DNA from: Marsupella aquatica
Taxonomy: Eukaryota > Plantae > Marchantiophyta
NCBI GenBank assembly: GCA_973895155.1
Contig: OZ316891.1
Location: forward strand, 17,139,651-17,203,650
DNA length: 64,000 bases
Direction of reading: 5' to 3'
Under the pieces are notes generated by a model, which was given only the letters and a program-made list of their open reading frames with translations, searched no databases and was not told the DNA's origin. Below are positions 13,697 through 27,138 of this stretch, piece by piece (the first letter of the stretch is position 1; each line of letters begins with the position of its first letter). The position numbers and the translations under genes are program-made.

Positions 13697-15830
13697 TTAT
13701 ATCCTGAGACGGCCCCCAGGTGAGGGGTTAACTGTGTGTCGTTGGGCATCGCTACTGTAAAGTCCGGGTGAGGCAATTGGTATCACCATGCCACTTCCTC
13801 TAAATTCCGGAAGGTTTCCCTGATTGCCCGTTCTGGTATGTGGGTGGGGTGGTGGTTGTACTTCCTCAGTTGGTTGTGCCTCGTGATCCTCCATCTCCTT
13901 CCCTGCATCAATCATTGGATCATGTGAGAAACTCAATGCTCGTTGTTTCTTACCTTCCCTTTTCTCCCAATCCTTCTCTTCTAACGCTGGCGACCTCAAG
14001 TCTTGTTTTTGGGCCCTTGACTTCATTTGACTGCGTGTGATGTATTCCTCATATTCTGACATTTCAGCATCTGTATCACCATGAAAGGAATAGAGGTCAT
14101 CTGCGTCGTTATTGGAAGGCAGTGGTCTTGGTGAATCAACTTCTGCAGTATGCACTTGGGCTTGTGGGGTAGGAGGTGTCGCCCATTCAATCACGTCCTC
14201 CACTGCATCTGGCCTTACTTATTGATTCCCTTTACTTCTCTCAGTGACCATTGTTAGTGGGTCAACATTAGCTGACGCAGGCCTAAAAGCTCTACTCTTG
14301 GCGGAGAGTCTCGATGCGTGTTCTGCCTCAGCCCAGCCATCCTTGGGGCTCTCCATTCCCCCCAGGTTCAGGGCGGGGTCAAGGAAGAGAGGATTCTCAA
14401 TGATGAGGACCCCATCCGCAGACGTACTCCGCGCCAGTTTGGCGCCATGTGCACTATCCTTCGTCTCCTCCACAGTTGTAGCGTCTGCTGCTACATGCCG
14501 CTCTTGTGCCCCACTCTGTTCTCTCTGAAGGCCCTCCTCATTGGCCTCAGGTGCTTGGGTATCATCCTCTTGTTGTTCCGCTGTGTTGGCCTTGTTCTCA
14601 TACCCTTCCCTGCAGTCTCGTGCCAAATGCCCTTTTTTATTGCATTTGAAGCAATGGTTCGGGATATTCCTAAAAATCACCGGCTGCCAAATAATGATGT
14701 CCTCTCGCACCCGTATTCGTGCACTGGTAGGAATCTCCCTTTTGGTGTCCCAGAGAATACAAGCCTGATCATGGGGATAAGAGCTGAATTCATCACCTTG
14801 TATATAGTAGAGTAGCTTCCCAAATGATTCAGCAATTTTCCATTTGCAGCCTTCCAGCTTCAATGCTCTATAGGGAATCTCGATCCATACTGGGAGCTTA
14901 GTGAACCGGTCATTCTGCACATCAAATGACCGTTCCCAAGCAAAGGTATACACAAACCTCCGCTCCATAAACCAGGGTGCTACTTCCAGTGCGGCATCTC
15001 TATGATCCGGGTTGTCAAAAACTACGAGGTAGAAGTTTTTCCCAACAAATTTAATTTGTAGGACCGGCCAATTCATCTCCTTAACCATTGTTTCCTCGAC
15101 CCACTCTCTGAATGCTGGTAGTAGCGGTGTTCTATCCGTGAAGTAGCAAATGATGGCGCAATTGTGTAATTGCCTGACTGTAGTTGCTACGTCTTCAATG
15201 TTCCACTCAACCGTGGTGTACAACTTTTCATGCCAATCCCCGTTAGACTTTAAGGCCAAGTCTTTAAGGATTGTAATGCATTCCTCCGAGGTTTCTTTTG
15301 GCTCCTCTGTTGCACGCATTTCCGTGTCTCTGTTTGATCCTCTAGGATTTGTGGAATCATCATTGCTACTCTACCCTTTGAACTGTCGATTGCTCCATAG
15401 ATCTTTGTTGTTATGGGGCCCAAACCCAAATTGTTCATCCCCAAAGGGTTGCCGTCGCGCTGCGTTCTATTGAAATTTGCCATTCTGCTTGTGAGGGTTC
15501 CTTTCCGCTTCCCACTGCTCTTGGGCAAGCTGAAACGAGATTGGTTTTTGTCCTTGGCCATCAGTCCTCCCTCTGTTGGTGATATCATATGGTGCTTGCG
15601 GCTCCGTCCATCCTAATGTTCGAGCATCTTGGGCTGTATATTGTTGGCGGTAAGCATATGCCATTCCACTGCGTCCTCATCCTCTTCCATTTGAGTATCG
15701 TTGTGTGCCCCATCTTTCGCCTTGCATTTCCTTCCCATTCCCATACTCCTGTCTGTTCTCATTGTGAGCATACCCTCTTCCGCCATTGGTACCCAAGGGT
15801 AAAGCGCCATTTCGAGGGCCGTAATGGTCC
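13697..15830 (-). pseudogene. LINE ORF1 (RG-rich N-terminus, DUF4283-like domain, CCHC zinc knuckle)
   Basis: KNFYLVVF, APWFME, LPVWIEIP, CFKCNKKGHLARDC in ORF 14219-15319; continues in 13697-14203; start is approximate. Confidence 0.85.
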
Positions 15831-16984
15831 ATGATTATATTGAATGGGCAATCTCCTATTCCCAAATTTGGGTATGATCAAAACCTGCACAATTACTAAT
15901 CTAAGCTCGTCTCTCTTCCATTTGCATTCTGTTGTTTCCACTATCAATACCTATCGTTGAGTAAGAGATCTTCACCTTATTTGATGCTTTTAGAATTTGC
16001 GCCTGGTTTTAAGCAGGCTGTAGTTTGTGAAGCCTTGTATCTTGCAGTACACGTATTGCTCAGCTTTTTGTCCCCGTCGTTGATCCGTTGGTATTCCGCA
16101 CAAACTCCAACCCCCAGCCAGAAACAATCCTGCTCATGTATCTTGTCCACACATGCAGCAGCAGTCTCTGAAAGTGGATTCAGCCATCCCACACAGCTCC
16201 ACGCCTGTCCTCGTAGGCAAAGTCCTTGCTAGTGCTCCTGGTACATTTGTTTAACTTGCCACAATCCCCATGACTATACCCCCGCAATCCATGTTCATAA
16301 ACCCTGAACCCCACAGACTCGATCCCTAAAGACGTTTTGTCACACAAGTCATTCCTCCATTAACCAAATCGCTCGTGAAGACACTCAATTAAAGGCCTGC
16401 CGCCCAGAATCCATACCCAATAGCAAGCTGGCCAGAAAAGCCAGCCCAGCAACCAAACGATCCCCCCTTACAAACGATGCCTTAGTCGAACCTGTTAGCT
16501 CAGCTCCGCCCCTTCTCTCAGCTCTCTCCAATCAGCGGTCCATCTTCCCAACAGATTTTGAATTCAGTTTTGGCATCGATGGCATTGGTTTGAGGGATGC
16601 CTCTTCCAACATCAACTATTTTTGTGAATAATGAAAAGTTTTCCTTTCCAAAATCATGTGCACGTTGTCAATCACTTGCATGGTATCTTCAGCTCTCATG
16701 TATCTTGTTTTTTTGTGTCACCTCTTTCCTAAAACTTTGGAGGACACGATTATTGCGTAGAGTACATCGAGCAAGTAGACTTGATTTCAAGTTACCCAAT
16801 AGAGCTCAGCTTAGCGCAGATTTCTCGTCCGACGGCTATCTAATCCTTGGGCTCTGGAAGTCCCCCCTTTGGGTCAAGCTTCTAACCCAGAGGCCTTCCT
16901 CTTGAGATTTGTTAACATTCTGAATCATCTATGGGGTGATTAGAGAGGTCGAGTGATTCACAGAATTGGTCTAAGGAGGGCTCC

Positions 16985-17157
16985 TTTCCAAGCCCATAAT
17001 AACCTTGCCCCGACCAGTCCCTATTAAAGTTTAACGGGCCTCCTCCTCATTGCATGTTTGCTATTCAATATTCTTTCCAAGCCCATACCCTGCCCCAACC
17101 AGCCCCCATTAAAGTTGCAATAGGACTCCTCATCGCAGGTTTGCTATTCAGTATTCA
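16985..17157. repeat. Two-copy ~88-bp imperfect tandem repeat
   Basis: tttccaagcccata...tgcccc..ccag..attaaagtt...ctcctcat.gca.gtttgctattca.tattc occurs twice. Confidence 0.75.
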
Positions 17158-17404
17158 AATGGGTGACCTCAATTGCCAAACTGGAATTTCAATTTCAATG
17201 GTGCCCTTTGTGTTCATTCCAAAACTCTAAACTAAATATTCCAAAACCTCGTTTTAGAAATTCCAAAACCCCTTCTCTAAATTTCCAAAAAACACTTTTC
17301 AATATTCCATTCTTGGGAGAATTTTCCAGAATTAGTGAAATGTCTGATATTTAGTTCCTGTTTGCTATTTGCTGTTTGTTTTTTGTTTGCTAGTTGTTGT
17401 TTGT

Positions 17405-18475
17405 TGTCAGGGTGAAAAGCCCCGTGCATTCAACATACTCTGAATTCCAGAAGTGGAGAACACCACAACAAACCACGAGTAGTTTAAAAATACGTGCACT
17501 TGAATCTTTACTTGCAATGGGTTAGATGCTATCTCGGTAACATGTCTCGGTCCCTCAACTCACAATGGGAGTATATGCTTTACAACGCCCTTCATTAATT
17601 AGGATAAGAGAGGGTATTTTCCTCCCACTCATTTTCCTAGTACAACTGAGTTATATACTTTACAATGCCCGTCATTAGGATAAGATAGGATCTTTTCCTC
17701 CCACTCATTGTCCTAATACAACTATCGCAAAAACTTAGGTGTTAGGAATTGACTCAAGTTCCCGGCTTTAGTTAGTTTGGCCTTACTAGGGTTAGTTGAC
17801 CCTTGGTTAGTTTAGGATAAGATTCACTTATTTGGGCCCACACATCTTAGTCCCCCTTGGGGGGTATAGGCTGGAGGGAGAGCATTCTCTTCCTTATTCG
17901 TCACATATTCTTTCGCATGAGCTATGGATCTTTCAAGAGTTTCTCCATCATTGGTGTCTTGTAGGTGTAGTATGAGATTGTGTGCATTCTCATGTTCCGC
18001 ATTGCTGCCTAGTCTAAGTTTCCAACAAGTGGTATTAGAACTTTGTGTTTGACATTTGGTTGATTGGGTAGTGGGGAGAATGTTTTGTGTGATGGATCGA
18101 GTGAAAGATTGAATCATTATTGATGATTGCATGACTGGGCGCTTTGCGCTGGAGTTTTCATGTTTGAAAGAAGTTACGGTTCTTTCTATCATGGTCGCTC
18201 GGCTGTGGTGGCCGGAAGTTTGTTTAAATGTGACGTTTGAATCAACTACTGAATCTGAGAAAGAAGTTGCTTTATAGATAGCTTGCAGAGTTTTGGCTTC
18301 TACGGAGCTGTTTTGCGGGAGTTATAGCCACTTTAAGATTGCAATTTTTTTCTAACGGTTAGTTGTAGTTCTGCGATGGAGATTTGGGTGCAACATCACA
18401 TCTTGAATTTTTGCATGAAATTGGGCTTCTTCTTAGAGCTCATGGTTGAAATCCATGAGGATTTTCACGGTGACA
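17405..18475. mobile_element. Solo-LTR-like or TIR-bounded 1.07-kb element
   Basis: Termini TGTCAGGGTGAAAA ... TTTTCACGGTGACA (TG..CA with inverted repeat); internal ~75-bp duplication at 17579-17725; no direct TSD. Confidence 0.5.
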
Positions 18476-20508
18476 ACAAACAGCAAACAGCAAACAACTA
18501 ATAGTAAAGCTCATAACAACAAATGTTTGCACCAAAAAAATCTTCCCTAAACCTACATCTCTCGCAAAATGAAATTGAAACCTCTAGGTCATGCCATTGT
18601 GTCATTGGGCACAAAGTTTGGCTCGCCCACTATGGCTGATTTTGTGGGTGGCAGGATTGCGGGCAACTAAGCATTATGGCTGTGCGCTAAAGATGGCGCG
18701 TTGAGGGCTCATGGTCTGTGTTACTGGCTGGGGCTAGCTCTATCTCGGCCCCGTGATGATTTGGGGCTTAAGCTTCTACAATCAAACTGGAGTGGCGACT
18801 GATTAACTCGACTGAGCGCATCGTTGCTGGTTGACACGAATGCTAACTGGAGGCCTACTGGAACTTTGATCGATCGGTGGGGTACTATACCAGGATCATA
18901 GAGGAGTACGCTTGGTGCCCCACTGGGATTGTGGTGGAGCATTCCATCGCTGTCTCGCATGGATCGCGAGGACTGTCATGAATACATGCAAGCCGGTAAG
19001 GGGTCATTGTGATGCAAAATTTTATTGGCAGCGATTGAAGTTTTCATGAGTGCCTAGCACTAGTTGGTGTGAGTCTGCTGTTGCCTGCTACTGCAGAATT
19101 ACATTGGTGGCACAACGTTGGATTCAGGGCTGAATGCACTATAACCTTTCACTCTGCGACTACTGAGTCGGTGACCTGGGGGACCCTCGCTCAACTGGCA
19201 AGGCGCTGCTGGACCACACTACTACGACACCCCTCATGGGCAACGTAACTGGGCTGGAGCAGTGAGTACCCTAGGTTGGATTGCTTTCTAAAGGGTGGAT
19301 AAAACTGAACGACCTTTGCACAACGATCAAGGTGAGACTGAAACCCTAGTCACACTTTCTTTCGCAAAATTGTTCTTTGAAGTGGGTAGGCTCATGGAGT
19401 ATGGAAGATCGGGTGGATGGGGGGAAGAGACTTCCTTGCGTGCTGCTGGATATCAAAATGCACGACCTTATCAGGATCCTCAGGGACGGGAATTCTATGG
19501 CAATGAGTAATTCAGCAGATAGGACTTTCAGAGCTCGACACTGCGTGGGGGCGGACGTGGGCCTTTCTCCACTCGGTTGGGGGAGCCCACATTTGTGGCC
19601 CAGCCAACCTATGACCTTTTTGCGGATCAGTCAGGAGGCTACAACAGTACCAAGAATCTGCAGCGCCCACACCCTACAGAGGGAATTGAGAACAAGGAAA
19701 ATGAACAGCCAACTACTTCTAGCAACCCCACTGAGGCTGGATTGTCGCATGCTCCCCCGCGAGCTTCGGTGGCACCCAACCCCACGCTGGGCCGACCACA
19801 ACCCTTTTCACAGGAGAAGCCTGCTTCATGGAAAAATGTCACTTTCGGATCAGGGATGGAATAAGAAGCTGTTACTGAAGATTGTATTAATATATTAAAG
19901 GAGATTGGTGAAGTCACCAAAGGGGACTGGCATCATAAACTATTTACGATAGTGGAATGGACCCTGGAAGAAGCAGCCAACAATGTCCGTCAACTATACA
20001 ATAGCGCTCTACTCTGCTACTTCACAGATAGGCCTCCAATGCTTCCTACCTTCCGTGCTTGGGTTGAAGAGGTAATGGTACGGGGAAGAGGATGGTCGGT
20101 GCTGCAGGTCAAATTTGTTGGCAAAAATTTCTACTTAAATTGTTTTTGCAAATGCTGATCATAGGGATCTTGCTCTATCTGCTGCTCCATGGTTCATTGA
20201 ACGCAAACTGATATTCACATTCCCATGGGACCCTACATTTGACATCAGAACTGAAAAATACACAAAACTACCAGTCTGGATTGAGCTTCCTTTCCGTGCA
20301 CTGGTGCTAGAAGGATGCAGGATTAAGATTGCGGAATCACTAGGCAAGTTGCTTCACTACATTCAGGGAGATGAGTACAGCTCATATCCGCATGATAGGG
20401 CTTGTATCCTCTGGGACATGGAAAGAGAGGTCCCCTTTAGTGCTCGTGTGAGGATCCGGGAGGACATTATCATTTGGCAGCCAATTCAATTCAAGAACAT
20501 ACTGTTTC

Positions 20509-20643
20509 TGTTACAAACCATATACTCCAACAATGTAATGAATCTTATTCATGTGTCCAATATATATACATGAGGTAGTTGAGTTAGATCTTGGTTAGAT
20601 CTTAACTCGGGTTAAGATATCTAATCCTATTTAGGGTATAACA
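20509..20643 (-). repeat. 3' LTR of copia element (135 bp)
   Basis: Differs from 26783-26917 at one position by eye; adjacent PPT GGGGGAG (plus-strand ctccccc, 20644-20650). Confidence 0.95.
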
Positions 20644-21084
20644 CTCCCCCTTGGGTGTTATAGTTTTTGATGAAATTATAACGACCAATCTAAGTTGCTA
20701 TCAGTTAGATATCTTCTACCTATGTTATATTGTGAGATGATGGAGGTGCAGTCTCATTAAAACCTTCCCTACTAACATCATGGAAGGAAAGAGTATTGCC
20801 ACCTTCCATCTCTTTTGTATGATCTATTTTGTATGTATGTTAGGTCTAGAGTACAATATTGGTTTTATTTGTGTTTTCTATGTTGTTAGGCTCCATGGAG
20901 GTTGTTGTCTCCATTGTCTTCATTGTACTGTATTTGAGTTATTGGTGTTCTTGAGGATGTCTTGATCTCCTTTGTGGTAGTATTGATGGTTTGCTTCTTC
21001 ATAGTAAGTAGTCATTCTTCTTCAATAGTGTTGTTGTAGAAAAATCCATTCTCCCCCTCAATGTTAGAATCCTGCATCAGTTTC

Positions 21085-24000
21085 TTAAGACTTCGCATCC
21101 CCAAGAGGTGAGTTAATTAGTGTTCTATGAGTAGATGGGGGTAGAGATTTTGTTAGGATGTCGGCCAGGTTCTTGTCTCCTGAAATCCATTGTATGTCGA
21201 TGTCTTTTCCTTGTTGTTCATGTGAGAAAAAGAACTTGGGTGCAATATGTTTTGTGCGTTCACCTTTTATAAATCCTGATATGATTTGAGTGATGCATGA
21301 CATATTGTCTTCAAATATAGTTGTAGGCATGGTTAAGTTTTGTTTACCTGTTTGAATAAGAATATGGTCTATTACTTGCCTTAGCCATAAACATTCTCTA
21401 GTAGCCTCATAAAGGGCAATAATTTCTGAATGGTTTGAAGAAGTGGTTGCAAGTGTTTGCTTAGTACTTCTCCAAGATATTGGTGTTGATCCCATTAAGA
21501 ATATATATCCTGTTTGAGATCTACCGTCATGTGGATCAGAAAGGTATCCGGCGTCAACATATCCTTTCAACTTATGGTTATCCTCATTAGGAAAATATAG
21601 GCCGAGGTCGGATGTACCATTAAGGTATCTGAAAATCCGTTTTAGCCCGTTCCAATGTCTTATAGTGGGTTGAGAACTATGTCTCGCCAGTAGGTTGACA
21701 GAAAATGCTATGTCTGGTCTTGTTTGATTGGATAAAAACATAAGAGCACCGATAGCCGAAAGGTATGGCATATCTGAACCTAATATAGGTTCGAATTCTT
21801 CTCTTTTTCTAAACATATCCTTATCCTTATCAAGGGTACGGATGTCCATGGGGGATTTAACAGGCTTCAACATATTCATTCTGAATTGTTGTAATATTTT
21901 CTTTGTGTAAGTAGTTTGGTGTAAAAGAATGCCTTTTTCCAAATGTTCAAATTGGAGTCCAATGCAATAAGAAGTTCTGCCCATGTCTCTCATTTCAAAT
22001 ACGCTTTTTAGTGTTTGCATTGACTCATTCATCATCTTTTTCGTACCAAGGAGGTTGAGGTCATCAACATATATAGCGATGATTATGAATTCAGGTCCTT
22101 CATGCTTTATAAATAAGCAAGGAGCTATTTCAGAATTCTTATATCCCATGGATATCATTTGATTTTTGAATCTGTGGTACCATGTACGTCCACTCTGTTT
22201 GAGTCCGTAAAGGGAACTAAGGACTTGAACTGCATACCGGGTCTTTGCTCCGGTTGCCTTATGATCCTTTCTAGGTTCTTGTAATGCAATTGCTTTGGAA
22301 GCATTGTGGAGTACCAATTTGTTCATATAGTCAAATGATTTTGCACTATTATCATTGTGCATATGTGGATTATGTTTTGAATTTGCATGGAAGTTTACTC
22401 TCTCAATGAGTTCAGGCGGGGCTTCCATATAAATCACGTTGTCCAATTTACCATAAAGGTAAGTGGTAACAACATCCATTTGTTGCATTAACAGTTTGTT
22501 GTGTATAGCAAATGCTATCAAATAGCGGTATGTGGTGACATCCATGACAGGTGAGTATGTCAGGGCATAGTCAGTTCCATAAACTTGTGTGTAGCCTTTA
22601 GCAACCAGCCTAGCTTTATATCTTAGTATTTCTCCTTGTGAGTTTCGCTTTTTAACAAATGTCATCCTATATCCCGTGAGGTGTTGGTCTGGGGAAGCTA
22701 CGGTTATAGGTCCAAAGACTTTTCTAGATATCAAGGAGTCTAATTCGGAGTTCATGGCCTCTTGCCATTTGCTCCAATCTATTTGTTTTTGTGCTTCGGT
22801 CACTGATTTGGGATCTGGTAGGTTGTTAATATCATTTGCTACATGAGAGGCAAATATGAGATCAGGGTTGATCATCATTCTATCTAGTATGTTACCAGTG
22901 GAGTTGTAGTTAATGGCTATCTCTGGTTGGGATGGTGGTCTCGTATGGTTGGTTGGTGTAGGAGGTCTACGCTTGTTTTTAGGTTGTTTGTCGACTGCTC
23001 CTAGTGGTCTCCCTCTTTTGAGTTGTGGGAGTGTGTCAGAGGATAGTCTCTGATCTTGTATGCGGGATGGTGTATTAGCCGCTGGTATATGGGATTTAGT
23101 TACGTGTGTAGCATCAGCAAATGAGTCGGGTAAGGACTCCATGATCTTGGTTAATTGAAGTATCCTATTGACTTCTAGTTCAGTTTGGTTAGTCGAGGAT
23201 TTGGGCAAAGTGCCGGGGAAGCTTGCCATGTGAGTGTTTTGGTGTATGACTTATGTTTTCCCTCTTGCGTGTTAATGGTTGGGAAAATGTTTTCATAGAA
23301 ATGGCAATCGCTGAAACGGGCTTTGAATATGTCAGTGGTTGTAGGTTCCATGTATCGTATGATAGATGTTGAGTCAAATCCTACATAGATGCCTTTCCTC
23401 CGTTGTGGTCCCATTTTGGTTCTATGAGGACCTAGTATGGGGATGAGGACTTGGCATCCAAATATTCTTAGGTGTGAGATATTTGGTGGTTGCCCGAAAG
23501 CTAGGTGATAAGGTGTGTTGCTGTTAAAGGCTGATGGTCTATAAAGGAGTAGGGTTGCAGCATGTAATACTGCATGGCCCCATGCTGATGTTGGGAGTGA
23601 TGATTGCATTAATAGTGGTCTAGCAATCTGTTGTATACGTTTAATAAGTGACTCCGCTAGTCCATTCTGGAAGTGGACATGGGGTACATTATGTTGGGAG
23701 TCAATTCCATTTATTGTGCAGAATTCATCAAAGGTTCTAGAAGTGAATTCACCAGCTCCATCAGTTCTAAGGGTTCTAATTGGATTTTCAGGGAATTGTG
23801 ACCTTAGTCTTAAGATGTGTGTAAGGATTCTGGGGAAGACTAGGTTGCGGGTTGATAATAAGGATACTCTGGACCACTTAGAACTGGCGTCTATCACTAC
23901 CAAGAAGTATCAAAATGGTCCACTTGGTGGGTCGATTGGTCCACATACGTCCGCATGGAGTCTCTCAAGGAATGCGGGGATATGGTTTTCGGTTTTTGGG

Positions 24001-25618
24001 ATGGAGGGGGCGGTAATCATCTTGCCCTGGGAGCAGGCAATGCATGGTTTTTGGAATGACCTTGGGTGACAGGTCTTTGGTATTCCTGTTGAGTTGTTGA
24101 CTATCCTATGGAACATGCTGGTTCCTGGGTGTCCCAATCTCATGTGCCATGTCTCGGTGATATCTTTGGATTCAACCCCTAGGTTATAACATTGGTTTTG
24201 GGTGATGTAGAACCCTGAAGGGTGGGTCGAGATGGTTTCTCTAATGATTATCCCTCCTGGTGAGTGTGATGTTATTTGCAGTACTTCTTGTAAGTTTTGG
24301 ATGTTTGTTTGGATATGGTAGTTGTTGGCTCTAATATCTTGGAAACTCAGAAGGTTCCTTCTTGCTTTGGGGGCATATATGGCTGATGGGCATCTAATTA
24401 TTGTGCCTCCAGGGAGAGTTAAGGTGGCTCTTCCGTGACCTTCTTCTATTTGGCTTTCTCCGGTTATAGTGATTATTTGTCTTTGGGAAGGGATAATTTC
24501 ATGGAAATATTTTCTATTTCGGAGGATGGTGTGTGATGTACCGCTGTCTATAATGCATACATCTATATCCTCTAGCTCAGGTGGGGGGTCTACCATATAA
24601 ATTTCTGGTATAATCTCAGGTGATTCCAGGTAAACTCCATGGGTTTCAAGTTTTGATCCATCTAAACTTTGTTTGTAGAGTTTCACAAGATGGGCTGGGG
24701 CATGGCATACCTTTTTGGTGTGACCTTTTGTACCGCACCTGAAGCATGTGATTGAGCTGTTTAAATTGTTTCTTGGCTTCTCTTGGTAGTCGTTGCGGCC
24801 TCGTTTCCATGTGGTCCTTCCAGGGAAATTGTTTCTTCCACGGCCCCTTCCGCGGTTGCTGAATCCTCCTCTGGGTCCTCCTCTGTAGGAGTAGTTCGAT
24901 CGTCCTCCCTTCATTCCTCTTCCCCTATATGAGCCTCTCCCCCTGAATTTACTTGTATTTCTATCATAAGGTGTGGTCAAGTTAGCTTCTCTCAGTTTCT
25001 CGTTTATAATTAAGTTCGTCTCAGTGGTGGCAGGTATTGGGAGTGTACCCGGGGGTCTATCCTTGCATTTGTCATGAGTAGGATTGAGTTTTGTTCTGCC
25101 AAGAGCATGTGTGCTATTAGTGCTGAGTATTTAGTGAATGCCATGTTTCTATACTGGTTTGAGATTACTAAGTTTGTAGGGTGAAATGTTGCTAGTGTCT
25201 TTTCGATTTGTTGTTTATCATTCACTGGTTCACCGCACATTTGGAGTTCGTTCGAGATGCGGAACATCTCGCTGTTGTATAAGTCTACCGTTTTGAAATC
25301 TTGCACTCTTAAGGTTACCCATGCTTGTAGCGCATTTGGTAAGTTTATAGTTGTTATGTGTTCAAATCTCTCTTTCAATGCATCCCATAGGAGCCTTGGG
25401 TTGTATATCGTCTTATATTGATGTTTTAATGGTTCTATTAAGTGGTGTCTTAGTAGGACTAATGCTTGGGCCTTCTGGTATTGGTCCACCCCAATGTCGG
25501 TATGTATTGTTTCTGGGATTCTTTTTGCGGTGAGGTTAACCTCCACGTCTATTGTCCAATCATTATAGTTCTTCCCGTCAATTCTTAGTGCTGGGAATAA
25601 TAGTTTCTCCATTGCCAT
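21085..25618 (-). pseudogene. copia gag-pol (gag, zinc knuckle, protease, integrase, RT, RNase H) with a few disruptions
   Basis: ALRIDGKNYNDW (Bianca-like gag), CFRCGTKGHTKKVC, IIDSGTSH, WHMRLGHPG, HADVCGP, LRTDGAGEF, QNGLAE, YKARLVAKG, LYGLKQSGR, YVDDL, YVDAGY, EDNMSC. Confidence 0.93.
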
Positions 25619-26768
25619 CTTGGGCTAATATGGGTTCACCTTGTAAATGTATGCAATTAAGGAGGGTTCAATGGAGTTTTGCACTTAGCTATTATTTTGT
25701 GGTGGATCAGCTTCGCTTGCTCCTTTCTTTTGGTATTCACTATTCTTCAGGTTTGGTCCCGGTATGATTGGATTCTTCCTTCTTAGGTGGGTGGAAAGGA
25801 GAATTGGGGGTCGCTGCCCTTGCTTGTACGTTTTCGGTCTGGGGCTCGCGTTTGCTCTCTTCGCTATGGTGTGCTTGGTCTTTCTCTCTCAGTCCTGCGG
25901 TGCTCTATTGCTCAGGTCTTCTTTCGTTCTCTGTGGATGGTGCTGCTTTTTTTTTTCTTGAACCCAATTCCTTCGGCTCTCTTCAGTGTGTTAATTTGCC
26001 TGGGACTCTTCTGTGTTCGCGTTTTATCTCTCGGAGTCTTCTCTGCAATTTCTGTGTATTTCTTTATTCTGCTCTTCTTGTGTGGGATCGATCCGCTTTG
26101 ACTTCAGTCAGGGTCCCTATACGGGTGGTTTCAATTCGGTGAGGGATGGTGTGCCGATGAAGTCCTTATCGATCTTCTGTTTCGTTTCGTCTTGTTTCAA
26201 CGCTGCGCTGTCTCAAGTGTGGGTCTGGGAGTCAGTGGCTACAGGCGGCGAAGCGTTGAATTGTGAATTCAGTGGCTACATGCGGCGAGCGTCGAATTGT
26301 GTCTGAATTGTGTCTAGATTGTGTGGTGCTATCTGTGGAACGACGCCTCATGGCTTTGTCCGGGGCTTGGTCTTCGTGTTGAGTTGGCGCTATCGTTCCT
26401 TCGTGTGTGCTATGCGTCGTCTGCGGGATTTGTCTTGAGTTGCTGTGGGTTTCAAGAAGTTCTACTCTTCTGTCGATTTCCTTTCGTTTCAATTCCTTCG
26501 GATTAGACTGCAGCTGGCCCTTCGTGTTTCTGTTTTCGTTCTGTCTCTATGGTCCTACTGTTTGCCTATTGCTGGCTGGCTCACGAGATCTCTTGATGGT
26601 GGTCTATCGTTCTCAAGCCATAGACGAACAGAGGCCCATATCATTCCACTCGAGGTTTCTATCGAGAAATGGCCCTCAAATGTGGCCAAAAGTGCTCATC
26701 TTTTGGGAAAAACTCTTCGGATCTCCCCTTATGGTTTAGCACCTCTTCGTGGAGAAAAAAAATTGCAT

Positions 26769-26782
26769 TCGTGCTGATAACG
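26769..26782 (-). promoter_or_regulatory. Primer-binding site CGTTATCAGCACGA (Bianca-type)
   Basis: Immediately internal to the 5' LTR; lacks the canonical TGG start, as in Bianca-lineage elements. Confidence 0.7.
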
Positions 26783-26917
26783 TGTTACAAACCATATACT
26801 CCAACAATGTAATGAATCTTATTCATGTGTCCAATATATATACATGAGGTAGTTGAGTTAGATCTTGGTTAGATCTTAACTCGGGTTAAGATATCTAATC
26901 CTAGTTAGGGTATAACA
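26783..26917 (-). repeat. 5' LTR of copia element (135 bp)
   Basis: Direct repeat of 20509-20643. Confidence 0.95.
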
Positions 26918-27138
26918 GTTTCACTATTTTAAATGCAATAAGAAAGGCCACTTAGCCAGAGAATGTAGGGAAGGTTTTGAGGAAGCGGCCGCCACGCTTG
27001 CTGAGCACATTGATGGGGAGGAGGATGGACATACATCCAAAGAATTGGATGGGGTGGCTGAAGGCGATCCCAGCGAGGTCCTACGGACACAATTGGCAAT
27101 GAATTTGCGTTGTCGTGGTAACTTTGGTGCAAATAGTA

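Larger units (their letters stand above)
9487..16540 (-). mobile_element. Full-length L1-clade LINE (decayed) with 19-bp TSD
   Basis: Identical CATCTTCCCAACAGATTTT at 9468-9486 and 16541-16559 flank ORF1 and ORF2. Confidence 0.93.
20509..26917 (-). mobile_element. Ty1/copia LTR retrotransposon, Bianca-like lineage, inserted in LINE ORF1
   Basis: 135-bp LTRs (TG..CA) at both ends, 5-bp TSD GTTTC (20504-20508 and 26918-26922), gag-PR-IN-RT-RH order. Confidence 0.95.

Noticed and set aside
18500-18700. 5' TSD of the second LINE
   Set aside because: No match to the sequence after 38678 was found, so the 5' boundary remains approximate.
25620-26760. Plus-strand hydrophobic ORFs as an env-like or antisense gene
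   Set aside because: These are T/C-rich shadow frames of the A-rich copia leader, with no coherent product.
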